DNA of 64,000 nucleotides from an uncultured Anaerolineaceae bacterium. Its GTDB lineage: Bacteria > Chloroflexota > Anaerolineae > Anaerolineales > E44-bin32. Position 1 is the first letter of the stretch. The number at the start of each line of letters is the position of its first letter. A program made the translations under genes and the position numbers. Shown one piece after another: positions 46,873 to 56,460 of this stretch. The notes under the pieces are model-generated. The model was given only the letters and a program-made list of their open reading frames with translations, was not told where the DNA came from and ran no database searches. The stretch covers positions 21,390 through 85,389 of the forward strand of contig CAYYVY010000001.1 of NCBI GenBank assembly GCA_964475265.1. Direction: 5' to 3'.

Positions 46873-47906
46873 GCGTGGGCAAGCTTACACACATCTGCGT
46901 CCTGCCGCGCTTGTCCGGCATCGGTGGCATGGTTTCTTTCCGCACCAAATTCAGCGCAGGATTGCAAGCCCGCGGCGTTGCCATCTCCAATGATTTGGCG
47001 GACACGCCTTACGATGCCGTGCTGGTGATCGGTGGAACGCGTCAATTGCCCGGATTGTGGCGAGCGCGCAGGAGGGGGATTCCCATCATTCAGCGCCTCG
47101 ATGGGTTCAACTGGCTCCACCGCAAACTGCGCACCGGTCTGCGGCATTTTCTGCGAGCGGAGCGCGGCAATTGGCTGTTGGCCACGATCCGCACCCGCCT
47201 GGCGGATCAAATCGTCTATCAAAGCCAATTCGTGCGCGATTGGTGGGAAAGGGGTCACGGCGCGACGAGGGTTCCATACCACGTGGTGCTGAACGGCGTG
47301 GACCTGGAACGTTACATGCCTAACGGGCCGGAAAATCCACCGGGGGATCGCTACCGCATCCTGCTGGTGGAAGGCACCCTGGGTGGCGGTTACGAAATGG
47401 GATTGGAACACGCCATCGGACTGGCTGAAGGATTGGCCGGCCGCGTGGATCGTCCGGTGGAATTAATGGTCGTCGGCCGCGTGGCAGATTCTTTACGGCA
47501 GCGTGCGAATGAGCGCACTCGGATACCCATCATCTGGGAGGGCAGGGTGCCCGCGGAACGAATCCCGCAGATCGACCGTTCTGCGCATGTGCTCTTTTCC
47601 GCGGATTTACATCCCGCTTGTCCGAATGCGGTGATCGAAGCGATGGCCTGCGGCCTGCCGGTCGTGGCATTCGATACGGGCGCATTGCCCGAGCTGGTCA
47701 CGGGCGACGCAGGACGTCTGGCGGACTACGGGGGCGATCCCTGGGAACTCGAGCCGGCTGATATTGACGGATTGGTGCATGCCGCGCAAGAGATACTGGA
47801 AAATCAACCTCGTTTCCGCAGCGCGGCTCGAAAACGGGCGGAGCAAGCTTTTAGCCTTCGAACGATGATCGACGGGTATCTCGCGGCGATCGAGGAGGCT
47901 TTGTGA
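46869..47906 (+). CDS. glycosyltransferase family 4 (GT-B)
   Basis: ATGA overlap with the preceding stop. C-terminal E-x7-E region CPNAVIEAMACGLPVVAFDTGALPELV. Confidence 0.8.
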   Translation: MSVGKLTHICVLPRLSGIGGMVSFRTKFSAGLQARGVAISNDLADTPYDAVLVIGGTRQLPGLWRARRRGIPIIQRLDGFNWLHRKLRTGLRHFLRAERGNWLLATIRTRLADQIVYQSQFVRDWWERGHGATRVPYHVVLNGVDLERYMPNGPENPPGDRYRILLVEGTLGGGYEMGLEHAIGLAEGLAGRVDRPVELMVVGRVADSLRQRANERTRIPIIWEGRVPAERIPQIDRSAHVLFSADLHPACPNAVIEAMACGLPVVAFDTGALPELVTGDAGRLADYGGDPWELEPADIDGLVHAAQEILENQPRFRSAARKRAEQAFSLRTMIDGYLAAIEEAL

Positions 47907-49021
47907 TGGACGCCGCCCAGGGAGCTACTTTTTCGGGGCGTGTGGGTCTGCAGCAGCGGGTGCTGCCCGCCTACCGTGTAGCGTTCTTTGAACGGCTGGC
48001 CGCTGTTTGCGAGGGGGGTCTGCAAGTTTTCGCCGGTCAGCCACGCCGTGATGAGGCCATTCTGCAGGCGGCCGAGCTTCGATCGGATTTATTTTCCCGT
48101 GCAAGGAACGTTCACATTCTGCGGGGCGTGGTGTATCTCTGTTATCAAGAGAATTTGCTCCCCTGGCTGCAGGTCTGGGAGCCGCAGGTTTTAATCCTGG
48201 AAGCCAACCCGCGCTATCTCGCCAACTGGCGGGCGATGCGTTGGATGCGCGAAAGAAATCGACCGCTCATCGGTTGGGGTTTGGGTGCACCACCGCCAAG
48301 CGGTGCCCTTGCGCCGGTCCGCAAGGCGTTCCGCTCAAGTTTTCTGGGCAACTTCGATGCTTTGATTGCCTACAGCACGCTGGGTGCAGAGCAGTACCGC
48401 CAGTCGGGTTTTCGTGAAGACCGACTTTTCGTGGCACCCAACGCCGTTGCGGCCATTCCGCCTGTGTTACCGCCGCGGAAGGCAAAATCAAAAGATGATC
48501 TGCGTGTGCTCTTCGTCGGCCGTTTACAGGCACGCAAACGCGTGGACAACTTACTGCGGGCTTGCGCGGCGCTGGAGAAGGCGCCGGCTTTGACCATCGT
48601 CGGGGACGGGCCTGCGCGCAGGGATCTGGAGGCATTGTCTAGCGATGTCTATCCGCGAGCGCAGTTCGCCGGTGCGCAGCAGGGCGAAGCACTCGATACG
48701 TATTTCCGCTCAGCAGACCTGTTCGTGCTGCCCGGCACGGGTGGCTTGGCCGTGCAGCAGGCCATGGCACACGGCCTGCCCGTCATCGTGGCCGAAGGCG
48801 ACGGAACGCAGAACGATTTAGCGACACCGGACAACGGTTGGTTGGTGCCGCCCGGAAATTTGGAAGCGCTTATCGACGCACTGCGGCAGGCGTTATCCGA
48901 CCCCGAACGCTTACGATCGCTGGGACAGGAGTCGCATCGCTTGGCAAGCGAGCGTTTCAACATCGAAACCATGGCTTCGGTTTTCGCACGTGCGTTGAAC
49001 ACGGTGACCCGGGAGCACTGA
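47906..49021 (+). CDS. glycosyltransferase family 4 (GT-B)
   Basis: GLAVQQAMAHGLPVIVAEGDGTQNDL. GAGGAGG lies 7 nt upstream of the ATG at 47906 (an in-frame GTG lies at 47903). Confidence 0.75.
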   Translation: MDAAQGATFSGRVGLQQRVLPAYRVAFFERLAAVCEGGLQVFAGQPRRDEAILQAAELRSDLFSRARNVHILRGVVYLCYQENLLPWLQVWEPQVLILEANPRYLANWRAMRWMRERNRPLIGWGLGAPPPSGALAPVRKAFRSSFLGNFDALIAYSTLGAEQYRQSGFREDRLFVAPNAVAAIPPVLPPRKAKSKDDLRVLFVGRLQARKRVDNLLRACAALEKAPALTIVGDGPARRDLEALSSDVYPRAQFAGAQQGEALDTYFRSADLFVLPGTGGLAVQQAMAHGLPVIVAEGDGTQNDLATPDNGWLVPPGNLEALIDALRQALSDPERLRSLGQESHRLASERFNIETMASVFARALNTVTREH

Positions 49022-49022
49022 G

Positions 49023-50255
49023 ATGCGTCTGCTCTTCATCGCCGACGGGCGCAGCCCGACCGCCATTAGCTGGATACGCCACTTTGTGGAGGCGGATTTT
49101 GACGTCCATCTGTTGACCACGTTTGAATGCCAACCCGCATTGGAACTGTCCTCCTTGAACTTCGTGCCAGTCGCCTTCAGCGGTTTTGCCGGGAAAAGGA
49201 AGTCCCCTGCAGGATCTGAGACCCGAGGTCGGGTACTTGGCGGGGCGCGTTGGATTGGCTTACGGACCTTCCTGCGCCACTGGCTCGGACCGCTGACATT
49301 ATCGCGAGCTGCCGAGCAAGTGAGTCGGCTTGTCCACCAAATCAAACCCGATCTGATTCACGCCATGCGTATACCTTTCGAGGGCATGCTTGCCGCAGCG
49401 GCTGATCCTCCGAATCCGCTGGTGGTTTCGATCTGGGGCAACGATTTCACCCTGCATGCGCCTTCTACGCCGTTTATGGCCCGCGCCACGCGCAAAACAC
49501 TCGCCCGCGTGGATGGCTTGCTGGCGGATTGTGGTCGTGACCAAAAGTTGGCCTACGACTGGGGGCTCCCGCGGGATCGGCCGGCTATCGTGCTACCCGC
49601 AAGTGGTGGCGTACGAAAGGAGGACTTCCACCCTGCCGAATCGGAGGAAAAGACTTGGTCGGGATCGTTGGCGTTTCTCTCTGGAATAATCCCGGCAGAT
49701 GCACCTGTGGTGGTCAATCCACGCGGATTTCGCAGCTACATCCGCAACGATACCTTTTTCCGTTCGATCCCGCTTGTGCTCGAAACCAATCCCGATGCAT
49801 ATTTCCTTTGTCCGGCGATGGCTGGAGAGCAGGCAGCGCAGCTGTGGCTGGATCGGTTAGGCATCGCCCATGCGGTGCATTTGCTGCCGCGCATTTTGCA
49901 GCAGGAGATGGCACAGATCTACCGGCATGCGCAGGTGACCGTCTCGGTAAGTGAACACGACGGCACGCCCAACACGCTTCTGGAAGCGATGGCCTGTGGT
50001 TGTTTTCCGGTGGCAGGAGACATCGAATCGATCCGCGAGTGGATTACGGACGGGGAGAGTGGATTGCTGGTCGATCCGGGCGATCCGCGGTCGCTGGCAG
50101 AGGCTGTACTCCAGGCCCTCTCTGACACAGATTTGCGCAGGCGCGCAGCAGCCCGAAATCAAGCCACGATCGACGAGCGCGCCGGGCGTGAACAGGTGAT
50201 GGCCAGTGCCACGCAGTTTTATCGATCGATCGTGGAAGCAGCCGGCAAAGAATAA
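49023..50255 (+). CDS. glycosyltransferase family 4 (GT-B)
   Basis: DGTPNTLLEAMACGCFPVAGDIESIREWI. It starts 1 nt after the previous stop. Confidence 0.75.
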   Translation: MRLLFIADGRSPTAISWIRHFVEADFDVHLLTTFECQPALELSSLNFVPVAFSGFAGKRKSPAGSETRGRVLGGARWIGLRTFLRHWLGPLTLSRAAEQVSRLVHQIKPDLIHAMRIPFEGMLAAAADPPNPLVVSIWGNDFTLHAPSTPFMARATRKTLARVDGLLADCGRDQKLAYDWGLPRDRPAIVLPASGGVRKEDFHPAESEEKTWSGSLAFLSGIIPADAPVVVNPRGFRSYIRNDTFFRSIPLVLETNPDAYFLCPAMAGEQAAQLWLDRLGIAHAVHLLPRILQQEMAQIYRHAQVTVSVSEHDGTPNTLLEAMACGCFPVAGDIESIREWITDGESGLLVDPGDPRSLAEAVLQALSDTDLRRRAAARNQATIDERAGREQVMASATQFYRSIVEAAGKE

Positions 50256-50349
50256 GAAATCGATTTCGGTCACTCGTGAATCTTACGTTTCGATGTGTTG
50301 TTTGTGCCTTGGGGGGTAGAATCTCAACGACGTATTCTTGGAGGGCGCG

Positions 50350-50832
50350 ATGTCTGAATCTACGAATGACGACGATCGGGCGCTGCACGAGAGGTTTGCC
50401 AAGCAACTCAACGGACGCGTGTGGCAGTTATTGGAAAAGGGTACCCGATCAGCAGTAGAAGATGTAGAAATAGATAGCGCGGCACACACCTCACTCTATC
50501 ACTGGATGCAAATTGGAACAGGAGTCCACCATCAAAGAGGGGCTTGGATGCTTGCCCGTGTACACGCGGTGCTCGGAAACACTGCAGAAGCAATGCGCTT
50601 TGCTGGACGTTGTCTGAAACTCACTGAGAAGCACGAAGGATTAATGCAGGACTTCGACCACGCCTATGCCTTTGAGGGGGCAGCCAAAGCCCACGTACTG
50701 GCAGGAAACACGAAACAAGCACAGAAGTACATGAAGTTGGCAGAAGCTGCGGGCGATACTATCGTGGACGAAGAAGATCGCGAGATATTTCAAGGCGATT
50801 TCGAAGCTGGTGAATGGTACGGTCTGCGTTAA
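50350..50832 (+). CDS. hypothetical helical protein (TPR-like?)
   Basis: The ATG at 50350 is preceded by GGAGGG with 5-nt spacing. The 160-aa product is helix-rich and I recognise no family. Confidence 0.45.
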   Translation: MSESTNDDDRALHERFAKQLNGRVWQLLEKGTRSAVEDVEIDSAAHTSLYHWMQIGTGVHHQRGAWMLARVHAVLGNTAEAMRFAGRCLKLTEKHEGLMQDFDHAYAFEGAAKAHVLAGNTKQAQKYMKLAEAAGDTIVDEEDREIFQGDFEAGEWYGLR

Positions 50833-50883
50833 GCTGCTGACCGATTTCCGCTCGCGATAAAACGGTGAACGTGGAGGGATATC

Positions 50884-51900
50884 GTGAACTGGCAAGATTC
50901 ATTTAAGGGTGATTCACTCTCCTGGCTGTTGGAAGCCGAATCGCCGGGCGTTCGTTACCTGGCGCTGCGTGATCTGGTGGACGAGCCCGCTGATTCCGCG
51001 GCGTTGAGGTCCGCCCGGGAAGCGGCACACCGCAAAGGTCCCATTGCATCGCTTCTGGCTGAGATGCACGCGGAAGGCTACTGGGTTGAACCGGGACCGG
51101 GCTATCGCCCCAAATATCGCAGCACGGTCTGGGCGCTCATCCTGTTGGCCCAATTGGGTGCAGCGGCAGATCGAGATACGCGTGTCGCCCGGGGGTGTGA
51201 ATACGTCCTCGCCAATACGCTTTCCCCGGGAGGTCGCTTCAGTATCACGGGCGCGCCCTCGGGGACTGTGGATTGCCTGCAGGGCAACATGTGCGCCGCA
51301 CTGGTTGATCTGGGTTGGGAGGACGAACGGCTTGATGCGGCGTTCGAGTGGATGGCGCGCAGCGTGACCGGAGAGGGCGTCGCACCGATGAGTGAGAAGA
51401 AGGCCGAGATACGCTATTACGCCGGAAAATGCGGGCCGGACTTCGTCTGCGGGGCGAACAATAACCTGGCCTGCGCCTGGGGTGCGGTAAAGGTGATGCT
51501 GGCGTTCGCCAAGCTGCCGGCTGAAAAGCGGACGCCGTTGATCAAACGGGCGATCACCCGCGGGGTGGATTTCCTCTTCAGCGTCGATCCGGCCTCGGCG
51601 GAATACCCGCACGGTTATACGGATAAGCCGAGCGGTAACTGGTGGAAGTTTGGTTTCCCCGTGTTTTACGTGACGGACTTGCTGCAGACCGCAGAAGCGC
51701 TCGTGCGGCTGGGTTATGGGGGTGATCCACGTCTGAAGAATACCCTGCATATTATCCGCCAGAAACAGGATGAGCAAGGGCGCTGGGCACTCGAATACGA
51801 TTATGCCGGGAAGACCTGGCTGGATTTCGGTGTCAAGAAAATGCCGAACAAGTGGGTGACGCTGCGGGCACTGCGGGTTCTCAAGCAAACCTGTGATTGA
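50884..51900 (+). CDS. alpha/alpha-toroid (prenyltransferase / squalene-cyclase-repeat-like) protein, unknown function
   Basis: The GTG at 50884 is preceded by GGAGGG with 5-nt spacing. Repeated W/Y-rich helical-hairpin units are visible (EGYWVEP, STVWALILLAQLG, QDEQGRWALEY). The family assignment is from memory only. Confidence 0.4.
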   Translation: MNWQDSFKGDSLSWLLEAESPGVRYLALRDLVDEPADSAALRSAREAAHRKGPIASLLAEMHAEGYWVEPGPGYRPKYRSTVWALILLAQLGAAADRDTRVARGCEYVLANTLSPGGRFSITGAPSGTVDCLQGNMCAALVDLGWEDERLDAAFEWMARSVTGEGVAPMSEKKAEIRYYAGKCGPDFVCGANNNLACAWGAVKVMLAFAKLPAEKRTPLIKRAITRGVDFLFSVDPASAEYPHGYTDKPSGNWWKFGFPVFYVTDLLQTAEALVRLGYGGDPRLKNTLHIIRQKQDEQGRWALEYDYAGKTWLDFGVKKMPNKWVTLRALRVLKQTCD

Positions 51901-51958
51901 CTCGAACTAGCTGCGTGCGAATACCGATTCGCCTCGAATGTCTCACAAACCGACCTGA

Positions 51959-51967
51959 TGCTATAAT
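51959..51967 (+). promoter_or_regulatory. possible extended -10 promoter inside the glycan locus
   Basis: TGcTATAAT at 51959-51967, 79 nt upstream of the ATG at 52046. There is no good -35. Confidence 0.35.
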
Positions 51968-52045
51968 GCCCCCGAGAATCGAAACGGTAATTGGGAGGCT
52001 CGAACGGGGTTGCCGAGAATGTCACTTCCCCGTCCTACGGATTTG

Positions 52046-54214
52046 ATGAAACAAGTCGTTCAAGACGTTCGCTCCGGCAAGACCAGCGTGACCGAAGTCC
52101 CTGTGCCCGTTCCGGGTCCGGGTACGGCATTGGTGCGTACTGCGGCCTCGCTTGTCTCGGCGGGGACGGAGCGCGCTGTCGTCAAGTTTGCCGGTAAATC
52201 CCTGTTGGGGAAGGCCCGTTCACGACCGGACCTGGTACGTCAGGTGCTGGAAAAAGTACGACGCGAGGGTCTGCTGACGACCATTGAGGCTGTGCAGAAC
52301 CGGCTCGACCAGCCCATGCCGCTGGGGTACTCTTCCGCCGGAACGCTGGTGGCCGTGGGGGACGGTTTACATGGTTTCCGCGTCGGCGATCGTGTGGCGT
52401 GTGCCGGTGGGGGTTACGCCGTGCACGCCGAATTCGCCGTTGTGCCGCAGAACTTGCTGGCGCACCTGCCGGAAGGCGTGGAATTCGAAGAGGGCGCTTT
52501 CGCCACGTTGGGCGCAATCGCCTTGCACGGTTTTCGCCTGGTAGAAGCGCAAATGGGCGAACGTGTGGCGGTCATCGGCCTGGGACTGCTGGGACTGCTT
52601 TCCGTGGGCATCGCCCGCGCCGCCGGATGTTCGGTGTTCGGGATCGATCTCGATCCGGAGCGAGTCGAACGGGCGAAGACATTGGGTGCAGTGGCGGTCA
52701 CCAATCCGAACGCCGAGCAGGCGGCAGCGGCTTTCAGCCAGGGACTGGGCTGCGACGTGGTGATGATCTGCGCCGACACGCAATCCAACGATCCGGTCGA
52801 ACTTGCGGGAACCATCGCGCGCGATCGGGCGAGAGTCGTGGCCGTCGGCGCGGTGGGTATGGACATCCCCCGACGCACGTACTATCAAAAGGAGCTCCAA
52901 TTCATCGTTTCGCGGTCCTACGGCCCGGGGCGTTACGATCCGCTGTACGAAGAAGCGGGAATCGATTACCCGCCGGGTTACGTACGCTGGACCGAAGGGC
53001 GTAATCTGGGCGCTTTTCTCGAGACGTTGGCGCGAGGATCATTCGACGTTGCTTCGCTGATCAGCCACCGCTTTGCCATCGCAGACGCTGCTGAGGCGTA
53101 CGATTTGATCACGGGCAACACCAAGGAATCGTTCCTGGGTGTCCTGCTCACGTATCCACAGGAAGAAGCCATTGACGCGGGCGCGCGTCTCGTCGAGCTG
53201 GATAAGCGCAAGATTTCCACCTCGTCTCGAATACATTTGGGTGCGATCGGTGCGGGAAATTTCGCTACGGCGGTACTTTTTCCCGCCTTGCGGAAAGTAA
53301 AAGGGGTCGAGCGGATTGGTTTGGTCACAGCGAGCGGGTCGAAGAGTGCGCAGGTGGGACAGCGTTTCGGCTTCCGCTACGCTTCCACGGATGTAAACGA
53401 GGTCCTCAAGGACAAAAACATCAACACCATCGCCGTGCTCACCCGGCATCATCTGCATGCTTCGCAGGTGGTTGCGGCACTGAACGCCGGCAAGCACGTC
53501 TTCTGTGAAAAGCCGCTGGCTCTACGGCGCGACGAATTGGGCGAGATCATGCAGGCGCTGGAACAAAGCGATCGCATGCTGACCGTGGGATTCAACCGCC
53601 GCTTTTCACCATTCGCCGTTTGGTTGAAGACCTTCTTCGATGCGGCAGACGAGCCGTTGGCGATGCATTATCGCATCAACGCCGGTCAGCTGCCGCTGGA
53701 CCATTGGCTGCACGACGCCGAACAAGGCGGCGGCCGCATCATCGGCGAGGCTTGTCATTTCATCGATTTTCTTACCTTCCTCAATGGGTCACCTCCCGTG
53801 CAAATTTCCGCAGTCGGTATGCCGGACGATCAGCGCTATCGCGAGGACAACGTGAGCATTACCCTCGAGTTCGCCGACGGGTCGATCGGGACGGTGAGTT
53901 ATTTGGCCGCCGGCGACCGTGCCTTTCCCAAGGAGCGCGTCGAGATTTTCGGCGGTGGACGGGTGGCTGTGCTCGACGATTTCCGGCGAGTCGAAACCAT
54001 GCACAATGGACGGCGTAAAGTGCGTCGTGCCTGGCTGCGCCAGGACAAAGGGCATCGCCAGGAATGGGAGGCTTTTTCGAAAGCGGTCGCCGAAGGCGGT
54101 CCGCCACCCATCCCATACGAGCATTTGGTCGGCGTCAGCTTAACTTCGATTGCTGCCGTGGAGGCGCTTCGCTCGCTCACAACCGTGAAGATCGAATCCA
54201 TACCAAGATCATAA
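52046..54214 (+). CDS. bi-domain oxidoreductase (Zn-ADH/GroES-like N-domain + Gfo/Idh/MocA C-domain)
   Basis: MKQVVQDVRSGKTSVTEVPVP is a typical family N-terminus. Rossmann motif 1 is VIGLGLLGLL. The second half contains LGAIGAGNFA and FCEKPLAL (Gfo/Idh/MocA EKP motif). Alternative starts lie at 52010 (TTG) and 52019 (ATG). Confidence 0.75.
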   Translation: MKQVVQDVRSGKTSVTEVPVPVPGPGTALVRTAASLVSAGTERAVVKFAGKSLLGKARSRPDLVRQVLEKVRREGLLTTIEAVQNRLDQPMPLGYSSAGTLVAVGDGLHGFRVGDRVACAGGGYAVHAEFAVVPQNLLAHLPEGVEFEEGAFATLGAIALHGFRLVEAQMGERVAVIGLGLLGLLSVGIARAAGCSVFGIDLDPERVERAKTLGAVAVTNPNAEQAAAAFSQGLGCDVVMICADTQSNDPVELAGTIARDRARVVAVGAVGMDIPRRTYYQKELQFIVSRSYGPGRYDPLYEEAGIDYPPGYVRWTEGRNLGAFLETLARGSFDVASLISHRFAIADAAEAYDLITGNTKESFLGVLLTYPQEEAIDAGARLVELDKRKISTSSRIHLGAIGAGNFATAVLFPALRKVKGVERIGLVTASGSKSAQVGQRFGFRYASTDVNEVLKDKNINTIAVLTRHHLHASQVVAALNAGKHVFCEKPLALRRDELGEIMQALEQSDRMLTVGFNRRFSPFAVWLKTFFDAADEPLAMHYRINAGQLPLDHWLHDAEQGGGRIIGEACHFIDFLTFLNGSPPVQISAVGMPDDQRYREDNVSITLEFADGSIGTVSYLAAGDRAFPKERVEIFGGGRVAVLDDFRRVETMHNGRRKVRRAWLRQDKGHRQEWEAFSKAVAEGGPPPIPYEHLVGVSLTSIAAVEALRSLTTVKIESIPRS

Positions 54215-56460
54215 TGGCATCGTTGAGGACCATCCTGCGCGCGGTAGGTGAACTCGGTCCCAGGCCCACGCTGCTTTATGGGCTGTATCGAGTTCTCTTG
54301 CGTTCGGGTTGGTTTCGCTGGCGAACTCCACGACAAACCTGGCAGGACGTTCCGTTCACTTCCTGGCTTCGGCCGGCCATACCCAGCGATCCCGAGCAAT
54401 ATCTTCAATATCGTAAACATATCAATACGCGTTTCTTTCTCCATCCCGGCGATGAATTTGTCGGCGCATTAAAGCAGGTGATCGGTCAGAACCAGAGTAC
54501 GGCAATCTCACAAGCCGATGCGATTCTCGGGGGCAATTTCCGATTGTTCGGAGTGGATGGTAATGATTTGGGTTTCCCGCCCGATTGGGGCAGGTTTTGT
54601 CCAACACCGGGAGATTCGGCAGGCGTTTCTGTCCCCCTGAACCGCCATTGGACGACCTACGACGAAAACGACTTTGCGCAAGACGTCAAACTGCTCTGGG
54701 AACCGGCGCGATTTGGATGGGTGTTTCCATTGGCCAGGGCGTACATTTTGACGCAAGATACACGCTACGCCGAAGCCATTTGGATCTTGATTGATTCGTG
54801 GCGGGACATCAACCCACCCAACTCGGGACCGCACTGGTCTTCGGCGCAAGAGGCGGCGATTCGTTTGCTGGCGGTGATTTTTGCCCTGCACATAACCTTT
54901 GAATATATTGCCAAATCACCACAGAAGCTGTGTGAAGTCGCGAGCTTGATCGCAGCGCATGCAGCGCGAATTCCTCCGACGTTGATTTATGCCCGGGCGC
55001 AAGGCAACAATCATCTTTTGGTCGAGGCGGTGGCGCTGTACAGTGTGGGCTTGTTGTTCCCGGAATTCCGCAAGGCGAAAACGTGGAAGCGGCTGGGCCG
55101 GCGTTGGCTGGAACGATCGCTGGCGGAGCAAATCTTCGCCGATGGCGGCTACGTTCAGCACTCGACGAACTACCATCGCCTGGCGCTCCAGGCGGCTCTG
55201 TGGGCGGTTCGCCTTGCCGAAGTAAACGACGAAGCATTACCTCCTGATTTGCTGGCAGCGTTGCAGAAAGCTGCCCACTGGCTTTACAGTATGATCGATA
55301 GGAAAAGCGGACACGTACCCAACCTTGGTCCCAACGACGGTGCGCTGATCTTTCCACTGAGCACCCGTCCGTTTGAAGATCACCGCCCGACGTGCCAGGC
55401 GGCTTCGTTCGCTTTTCTGGAACGCAAACCATTCCCGGTTGGACCCTGGGATGAAGAGCTTATCTGGTTTGGTCTGCAATCCGGCGTTTCCCGGGACGAC
55501 ACCCGTCGTGGAAGTGGGCCGCCTATCGAGATTGATCGAGGCGGCGAGAAAGCTATGCAGCCAATTGGATTGGGCGATCATTTTCCCGCAAGCGGCTTTA
55601 CCATCCTGCGCGGAGAAAACTCGTGGGGAATGCTGCGCTGCGCCCGTTTCAGAACTCGACCGGGTCACTCGGATCAGCTGCACTTTGATTTGTGGTGGCA
55701 GGGGTACAACGTTGCCTGTGATCCTGGCACGTACCTGTATAATGGGAAACCACCCTGGGACAATCCTTGGATCGGGGCTGCGTTTCACAACACCGTCTTG
55801 ATCGACGACCTGGAGCCCATGCGCCGAGCGGGCAGGTTTTTATGGGTCGATTGGGCGCAGGGTGCGTTCATCGGCCGTTGGAAGTCACAGAACGGTGCCA
55901 TCGAGGTAGTCATTGGGGAGCACCACGGTTATCGGAGAATCGGGCTTGTGCACAGGCGGACGATTGCGAGGATTGGAGACGCACATTGGTTGATCGTAGA
56001 CGATGTTATTGGGTCGGGATTGCATGGCGTGTCGATCGGCTGGACGATGCCAGATTTCCCTTGGAAGCTGAATGCGCACGGGACATCGCTTGACCTCGGC
56101 GAATCTGAAATCGAGGTGAGTTTGGAAGGGCAGGTAGGAGACACGGGGCTTTATCGGGCTGGGGCCCTGGTCGCCGGAAATGGGGTATGTGCGAATCCAA
56201 ACCTGCACGGCTGGCGTTCGATGGGGTATGCGGTTAAAGAGCCTGCGCTTCGTTTGGTGAAACGATTCGAAGCGTCCATTCCGGTACGTCATTGCACTTG
56301 GTGGTCCTTCGACGCTGCGCCTCGTGACGGAGTGGAGATCGTCTGGAATGAGCCCGATCGGGATACACTGTCTTTTTCCCGTATTGGCTGGCAAGGACAG
56401 CGTTTGGAATTGAACGATGCACATCTTGTTGATTCATCAAGTTTTCGCCGCGCTGGGTGA
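54214..56460 (+). CDS. heparinase II/III-family (alginate-lyase-fold) protein
   Basis: The ATG at 54214 overlaps the previous TAA (TAATG). Motifs include GNNHLLVEAVALYSVGLLFPEF and GHSDQLHFDLWWQG, resembling the heparinase II/III C-terminal region. The size is about 748 aa. Confidence 0.65.
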   Translation: MASLRTILRAVGELGPRPTLLYGLYRVLLRSGWFRWRTPRQTWQDVPFTSWLRPAIPSDPEQYLQYRKHINTRFFLHPGDEFVGALKQVIGQNQSTAISQADAILGGNFRLFGVDGNDLGFPPDWGRFCPTPGDSAGVSVPLNRHWTTYDENDFAQDVKLLWEPARFGWVFPLARAYILTQDTRYAEAIWILIDSWRDINPPNSGPHWSSAQEAAIRLLAVIFALHITFEYIAKSPQKLCEVASLIAAHAARIPPTLIYARAQGNNHLLVEAVALYSVGLLFPEFRKAKTWKRLGRRWLERSLAEQIFADGGYVQHSTNYHRLALQAALWAVRLAEVNDEALPPDLLAALQKAAHWLYSMIDRKSGHVPNLGPNDGALIFPLSTRPFEDHRPTCQAASFAFLERKPFPVGPWDEELIWFGLQSGVSRDDTRRGSGPPIEIDRGGEKAMQPIGLGDHFPASGFTILRGENSWGMLRCARFRTRPGHSDQLHFDLWWQGYNVACDPGTYLYNGKPPWDNPWIGAAFHNTVLIDDLEPMRRAGRFLWVDWAQGAFIGRWKSQNGAIEVVIGEHHGYRRIGLVHRRTIARIGDAHWLIVDDVIGSGLHGVSIGWTMPDFPWKLNAHGTSLDLGESEIEVSLEGQVGDTGLYRAGALVAGNGVCANPNLHGWRSMGYAVKEPALRLVKRFEASIPVRHCTWWSFDAAPRDGVEIVWNEPDRDTLSFSRIGWQGQRLELNDAHLVDSSSFRRAG

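Noticed and set aside
46491-47411. 306-aa ORF antisense to the acetyltransferase and first GT4
   Set aside because: It spans two well-supported sense genes, has no RBS or motifs, and shows the composition typical of GC-rich antisense frames.
50914-51888. 324-aa ORF antisense to the toroid-like protein gene
   Set aside because: It mirrors almost exactly the sense ORF, which has a strong RBS. The antisense translation is R/P/G-rich and featureless.
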